Positions 34,256 through 40,001 of a stretch of DNA of 40,001 bases are shown here, piece by piece. The notes under the pieces are model-generated. The model saw only the letters and a list, made by a program, of their open reading frames with translations, was not told the origin of the DNA and ran no database searches. This DNA comes from Chiloscyllium plagiosum (lineage: Eukaryota). The position numbers and the translations under genes were made by a program. The stretch's first letter is position 1. Each line of letters opens with the position of its first letter. The DNA lies in NCBI RefSeq assembly GCF_004010195.1, contig NW_025215319.1, positions 1-40,001 on the forward strand, read 5' to 3'.

Positions 34256-34517
34256 AGATAGCAAAGGAGTCCCACTAGACCTAAACTGAGCCAAAGAACT
34301 CATAGGCCAGTATCCAGAAGATAGATAGCAAAGTAGTCCCACGAGACCTAAACTGAGCCAAAGAACTCATAGGCCAGTATCCAGAAGATAGATAGCAAAG
34401 TAGTCCCACGAGACCTAAACTGAGCCAAAGAACTCATAGGCCAGTATCCAGAAGATAGATAGCAAAGTAGTCCCACGAGACCTAAACTGAGCCAAAGAAC
34501 TCATAGGCCAGTATCCA
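34256..34517. repeat. 67-bp tandem repeat, 3.9 copies
   Basis: Units start at 34256, 34323, 34390 and 34457. Copies 2-4 are identical over their shared length; copy 1 differs at 2 positions. Confidence 0.97.
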
Positions 34518-35110
34518 TTCCCCAGAATGCAGTCCAATTGTCCAAATATCTGAAGCCCTCCCTCCTACACCATCCTTGCAGCCACGTGTTCAGCTGCACT
34601 CTCTCCCTATTCTTTGCCTCACTGTCACGTGGCACCGGCAACAACCCAGAGATGACGACTCTGTCCGTCCTAGCTTTTAGCTTCCAGCCTAACTCCCTGA
34701 GCTCCTGAATGACCTCCCCACCCCTCTTCCTACCTGTGTCGTTGGTGCCAACGTACACCACGACTTCTGGCTGCACACCCTCCCCCTTAAGGATTCTGAA
34801 GACATGGTCCGAGACGCCTCGGACCCTGGCACCCGGGAGGCACAAACCATCCGAGAGTCTCGCCCATGTCCACAGAACCGCCTGTCCGTCCCTCTAACTA
34901 GAGAGTCTCCTATAACTCGCGCTCTCCTCGTCTCCCCCTTTCCCTTCTGACTCTCAGAGCCAGACATCGCGGCACAGACCCGGTCACTGCAGCTTACCCC
35001 TGCTCGGCCGTCCCTCCCAACAGTATCCAAAGCGGTATAATTATTGTTTCGAGGAACGACCACAGGGGATCCCTGCACTACCTGCTTCCTCCCCTTCCCA
35101 CCTCTAACAT
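34518..35110 (-). mobile_element. Internal fragment of CR1-type LINE ORF1 (SGNH esterase-like domain)
   Basis: ORFs 34689-35078 (VIGDSLVRGTDRRFCG) and 34501-34845 (CLPGARV...VVVYVGTND...VISGLLPVP...LNTWLQGWCRREGFRYLDNW) joined by one frameshift. Truncated before the DGLH motif. Confidence 0.9.
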
Positions 35111-35112
35111 GT

Positions 35113-35745
35113 TAGAAAGACAAACCGCATGTTTACCTTCATTGCCCAAGGATTTCAGTACAGCTTGAAAGCTTGTACATTGAGACCACAGTTGGAGTAT
35201 TATGTACATTGTTGATCCAAGTAACTATGGAAAATGATAACTTTGTGAGGAGACAGCAGTAAGAGCTTACCAGAATAATTCTTGCTGTGCCAGGTTGGTC
35301 CTATGAGGAGAGTTGGGGGATGGATTGGCATGCATTCACTGGATGGTATCTGATGGTGAAGTGTCTCAATGACGTGTATCGGATGCTGACAGGGCTCGGT
35401 CTGCAATGATAATGTGTCCCCTGGCCTGGAAGTCCAGAGAAGGGGGCAGTGTCTCAGTAGACACACAGAAAACATTCCCAACTGTGATCAGAAATGTCTT
35501 CACTCAGACAATGATGGCCATCTGGAGACCTCTACTGCAAAAGTCTCTGGAGACAAAGTCATTATGAATTTTTTTAAAGAAAAGAAACATATCGATTTCC
35601 AGAATCTGAAAGTGTCAATAGGTATGCTAAAGGAACAGGTATGTGACTGTGTGGTAAAGGATCAATCAGGTTCGTATTGAAAGATGGAGCTGGGTTGATG
35701 GGAAGGTCACCCTTTCTCCTATTGTCCGTCCTCTCCTATTCTTAG
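35113..35745 (+). mobile_element. Old CR1-type LINE 3' fragment
   Basis: GAGACCACAGTTGGAGTATTATGTACA (RPQLEYYVH), GGTCCTATGAGGAGAG and a 3' UTR ending CTCCTATTCTTA. Confidence 0.6.
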
Positions 35746-35904
35746 CATTTATTGTCACATACTCAGCTTCTGTTCTGTCCAGGCCTGCTCTCCATTACCT
35801 CCTTGTTTACCCACCTATTTCCGATGTTATTGAACTGACCAAACTCCCTGAAGAGTATCAAGGAGATAGCCTGGACCCTAAATTTTATCTGATTCAGAGG
35901 TTAG

Positions 35905-36284
35905 TGTAAGATGCTGCATTCTAAATGTGATTTTATGGGTCAATCTACTCGGATTTAAGCAAACGATACTTTATTCTTACCCCACAGTTAAAAAACACTC
36001 AAAACAAAAAAAAAATCGTTAGATTGGAACAGTTACTTAGTCGTAGTTACTGTGTCAGGTCAGTTAATGTGTTCCATAGTTAGGTAATTTTAAATTCCGC
36101 TTTCTTTAGTGTGTTTTTCAACTGTAGTGTTTCAATAAATTCTGTTTTGCTTAAAGCCAAGTAGTTTCACCAATTGTATTATACCGGGAATATCCATTTC
36201 ACTTCTGCCTTTAAAATAGAATGAAGTTAGTGCTTCAGCTACCTTTTTAAAACATTTGGAGGGAGTCTGGCCTGATTCATAACA
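35905..36284. mobile_element. LTR-like fragment(s)
   Basis: Begins TGTAAGA, contains AATAAA (~36134) and ends TCTGGCCTGATTCATAACA (TG...CA style). Confidence 0.35.
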
Positions 36285-36904
36285 AAATAAAGGCTACTTA
36301 CTCTGCTTTCCATGCAGCAGAATTCTTCAAGCAGACTCGAAGCATTAACTCTGGTTTCTTCCCAGAGATGGTTGCCAGTGATTCGCGGTTCACCGTATTC
36401 ATTTCGAAGACAGTTAGGGATAGATAATTACAATTGATTTATCCAGTGACGACACCAAAGTACAAAAGCGGAGGTTTTTCCACTGCTACCTCGGAGGTTC
36501 GAAAACTGCAGTCCCCCGCTAGTCACCGTACTGCCTCTCACCACAGATTCTCCCAAAGTGCTAATCCAAGCATATTCTCATGCCTCCTGGAACAGAATGT
36601 CCAGATAATCACCCCCTCAATGAGACGTCGGAATCAACGAAGTTCAGACTCCATTATACTAACACTGAGGTTCCTTGACCTGCAGGTATTTGCTCTGAGT
36701 GTTGTTGGTATGAATCACACAAGTGTGCATCAACCTACCCACAGTACAACCTGAAAAATATAATTTACCATCTATCAAAAAAGTAGTGTGCATTAAGAAT
36801 TAAAATTCAATGGTTTAAGCAGGACCTTTTCCACATTTCGCTTACATTATCTTGTGAAACCCAGTGTTTGTAAGTAAAATGTTATGACTTCATCTACATA
36901 CTTA

Positions 36905-39012
36905 AGATAGATAGATAGATATCGAGACAGAGAGAGACAGGTTGAGAGAGAAACAGAAAGTGAGAGAAAGAGACACAGACAGAGTGAGAGAAAGAGATAA
37001 GTTTGTGTGTTTGTGAGAGAGAGAGATGGCGAGAGACAGAGGCAAGAAGTAACACAGAGAGTAAGAGACAGAGAGAGAGAGAGAAAGTGTTAATGAGTGA
37101 GAGACGCAATCAGACATGCAGAGTGAGAGAGAGTGACAAACAAGGACAAAGCGAGAGAGGCAGTAACAGAGAGAAAAACAAATATACAGAGTGAGACTGA
37201 GAGGAGAAGAATGAGAAAGAGACAGAGAGAGTGAGAAGCAGACAGAGGGAGAGAGAATGTGAGAGAGAGAGAGAGACGGAGTCAGTGAGCGACCAAGAGA
37301 CAGCGAGAGAGTGCGTGAGAGAAACAGGGAGAGAGAGTCATAGATGGGAAAGAACAAGAAGGAAGGACAGAGGGAGCGACAATGAGAGATCGAAAGTGAC
37401 AGAGATTATGCAAGAGAGAGATACTGTGAAGGACACAGACAGACAGTGAGTGAAAGGTAGAAACAGAGATATTCACAAAGAGAGAGATAGATGGAGAGAG
37501 AGACATGGATGCGGAAGATCAAAAAGATGAATAGAAGGAGTCAGTGAGAGAGAGAGTTACTGTGTCTGCATGAACAAGAGTTACTGTGAGGGCGAGATGA
37601 AGACAGTGAGAGAGAGGGAGAGTGACAGAGACATTGAGAGACACTGAAAGAGAGAGTGTGGGAAACAGTGACAGAAAGAGAGTACGATAGTGAGATACAA
37701 TAGTGGGGGAGAGAGAGAGATACAGTATGGGAGAAAGGGAGAGAGAAAGATGGAGAGAGTGAGGGAGTGAGTCAGAGAGACAGAGAGAGAGGTACTGAGA
37801 CAGAAAGAGTGGGAGGGTGAGACAGCGAGAGAAAGCTAGAGAGATACATAAAGAAAGGAAACTGAGGGAGAGAGACAATGAGACAGGCAAAGGTAAGAAG
37901 TGGGTAACAGGAATAGAGGGAGAGACACAGCGAGAGAGACATTGAGAGAGAAAGGAAGAGTTACAGAGACAGAGACACAGAAAGACAGAGAGTGACAGTG
38001 AGATAGAGTGTGTTTGTGTGTGAGAGAGACAGACAGTGTGAGCGAGAGATACTGTGAAGGACAGAGATCGAGAGAGATAGTGAGATGGAGAGAGCAAGTC
38101 AGAGGCAAAGTAGAAAAAAAGATACACAATAAGAGAGAGATAGCGAGAGAGACATGGGGGCGGGGAAGCAAGAAAGAGGAACATAAAGAGTCAGTGCCAG
38201 AAAGAAAGACAACATGTGTGTGAAAGAGCAATACTGTGAGGGAGAAAGTAAGTCAGTCTGATAAAAGCGAATTGACAGATACAGTGAGAGACACAAAAAG
38301 ACAAAAAGTGACAATGAGAAAGAGAGACTGTGGGAGTGAGAAATAACGTGGGGGAGAGAGAGGGATAGAGAGAAGGAGGGAGTGAGAGTCAGTTAGACCG
38401 AGAGAGAGGGAGAGGTACTGCGACAGACAGAGAGAGAGGGAGAGGCAGTGACAGAGAGAGGTAGAGACAGAAAGAACGAAAGAGTGAGAGAGAGACAATG
38501 AGAGAGACATAGGGAAAGAACGAGAAAATAGACAGAGATTTCGATAATGAGAGCGTGTGTTTGAGGGCGACAGTTTAAGAGAGAGAGAGAGATAAGGGAC
38601 AGAGATGCTGTGAATGACAGAGAAAGAAAATGCAAGAGAGACAGAGGAATTTAGAAACAGAGAGTCGACACAGAGAGACACAAGGTAGCGGGGGTGGCGG
38701 GAAATGAGCAAGTCAAAGGAACAGAGACAGAGCCAGTGTGAGAGAGAGAGTCGTTGAGGAAGACAAGACATCGAGAGAGAAAAGAATAGTGACAGAGACA
38801 GTGAGAGAGAGGGAGATATAGAGAAAGAGAGACTGGGAGAGAGAGAGACAAGAGTGCAAAAGAGGGAGATTCAGTGAGAGAGAAATAGACAGAGGGAGAG
38901 AGCACTGAGACAAAGAGCGAGAGAGAGGGAGAGTGGGAGACACTGAGTGAGAGAGGGAGAGAGAGAGAGACAACGATCGAATCAAATGAACAGAAACAGG
39001 CAGAGAGAGGCA
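36905..39012. repeat. 2.1-kb degenerate (GA)n/GACA purine-rich satellite
   Basis: Plus strand strongly A/G-rich with GAGA/GACA runs. The S/L-rich minus ORFs and R/E-rich plus ORFs are translation artefacts. Confidence 0.95.
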
Positions 39013-40001
39013 TAAAAAAGATTCACCAACCTGAACCACCTCTTCTCTGAACCAGTTAATGACTCTGCCCTTGAGCCCTCAATGTATGCCACTGTCTCTG
39101 TTGGGACACTCCTTCTTTTGATTCAGCCAGACATTTACATTTTACAAAACAATCAACTTGGTGAAATGAACCACAGCACGTCCATCCATCTCTTCGGTCG
39201 ACAGGGGTAGAATGCAAAGTGTAAAAACCATTTGACTCCATTTGTATGTTCCTTTGCTTCAAACCAATTTAATGCCAATACTCTGGTGGCTAATTCCAAA
39301 GTATCCTCAAGTTGAAACATTTATTCAGCAACCAACAATTCAATGTGTGTGTTTAATAAAATAAACTCTATTCATTTTTTAATGAAGAAAATAGTTTCAC
39401 ATGCAATACTACTATCAGAACCAACGACTTAATCTGAAGAAATACTTCTACATTGATCTCTCCACTGGCAGCATATCCTTTCCTCAAAAGATTAGCGATA
39501 ATGTGCACTTTATTCAAAGACACAACCCAGCTGACATAATCTCGCAAGTGGACAACCTGACAGTGAAGTATTGCCTCACCACTGTTCGTGATAATGTGAC
39601 AGTCTGTATACTCTGTAGTTTGGATACAAAGAACAATAAATCAAAGAAAATTTACAGCCCAGGAACAGGTCCTTCGGCCCTCCAAGCCTCAGCCAATCCT
39701 GATCTACTGTCTAAACCTTGGGCGTCTGCATGGCTGAAAGACCATTTTCTGAGCATTAGTAAAGAAGCGATTTTATGAATATTGTAGACAATATTCTATT
39801 ATGTTGCACACTTGATGAAGTGTCATATAAACAATTTCCTTATGGTTATGTACCAAATGAAATTTGACACACCATTACCTGAATGAATCTACCAGATAAG
39901 TGAAGTCTTATGAAAAGCTTGGAAAGCACAGATATTCCAGTGCTGAAGGGTTTTAATATGTGTATGAAAGCAATTTCCAAGTGCGGTTGTAGAAATGGAA
40001 T

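Noticed and set aside
34256..34517. CRISPR-like array
   Set aside because: Units are head-to-tail identical with no unique spacers, there are no cas genes, and the context is vertebrate.
36894..39039. Many long S/L-rich and R/E-rich ORFs
   Set aside because: Translation artefacts of the GA/TC low-complexity tract.
39025..39270. Minus-strand text GRVINWFREEVVQ resembling the shark NLR RVIDWVKEEV motif
   Set aside because: Flanking residues do not match NACHT-associated sequence and the frame has stops. Probably chance or an unidentified relic.

Overview
Eukaryotic, AT-rich, repeat-dense genomic DNA with a 275-N assembly gap (20132-20406). The repeat repertoire (CR1/HER1-type LINEs, HE1-like V-SINEs, Penelope-like elements and their palindromic derivatives, a Gypsy LTR fragment) points to a cartilaginous fish, probably a shark; this is inference. 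I see no intact host protein-coding gene, and almost all ORFs in the track are spurious or transposon-derived. The main hidden signal is in the first ~11.5 kb, a fossil tRNA-gene cluster. It holds decayed copies of tRNA-Ser, Asn (x2), Asp (x2) and His (x2-4), plus weaker Pro, Glu, Arg and Lys candidates. Most lie on the minus strand, and part of the cluster forms an ancient ~3.55-4 kb duplicated [Asp-CR1-spacer-His] unit. The window also has a C2H2 zinc-finger pseudogene (17259-17700) and an orphan Kozak-ATG exon resembling the first coding exon of shark NLR/NACHT genes (27567-27662). That mix recalls the tRNA/ZNF/NLR compartment of zebrafish chr4q. Smaller oddities: decayed Penelope hammerhead cores, tiny Penelope-derived inserts (one with a 13-bp TSD), a near-perfect 67-bp tandem array at a Gypsy-gag/CR1-ORF1 junction, and a 2.1-kb GA-rich tract with ~620-650 bp higher-order periodicity. 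All alignments were done by eye against canonical sequences recalled from memory, and TE boundaries are approximate.
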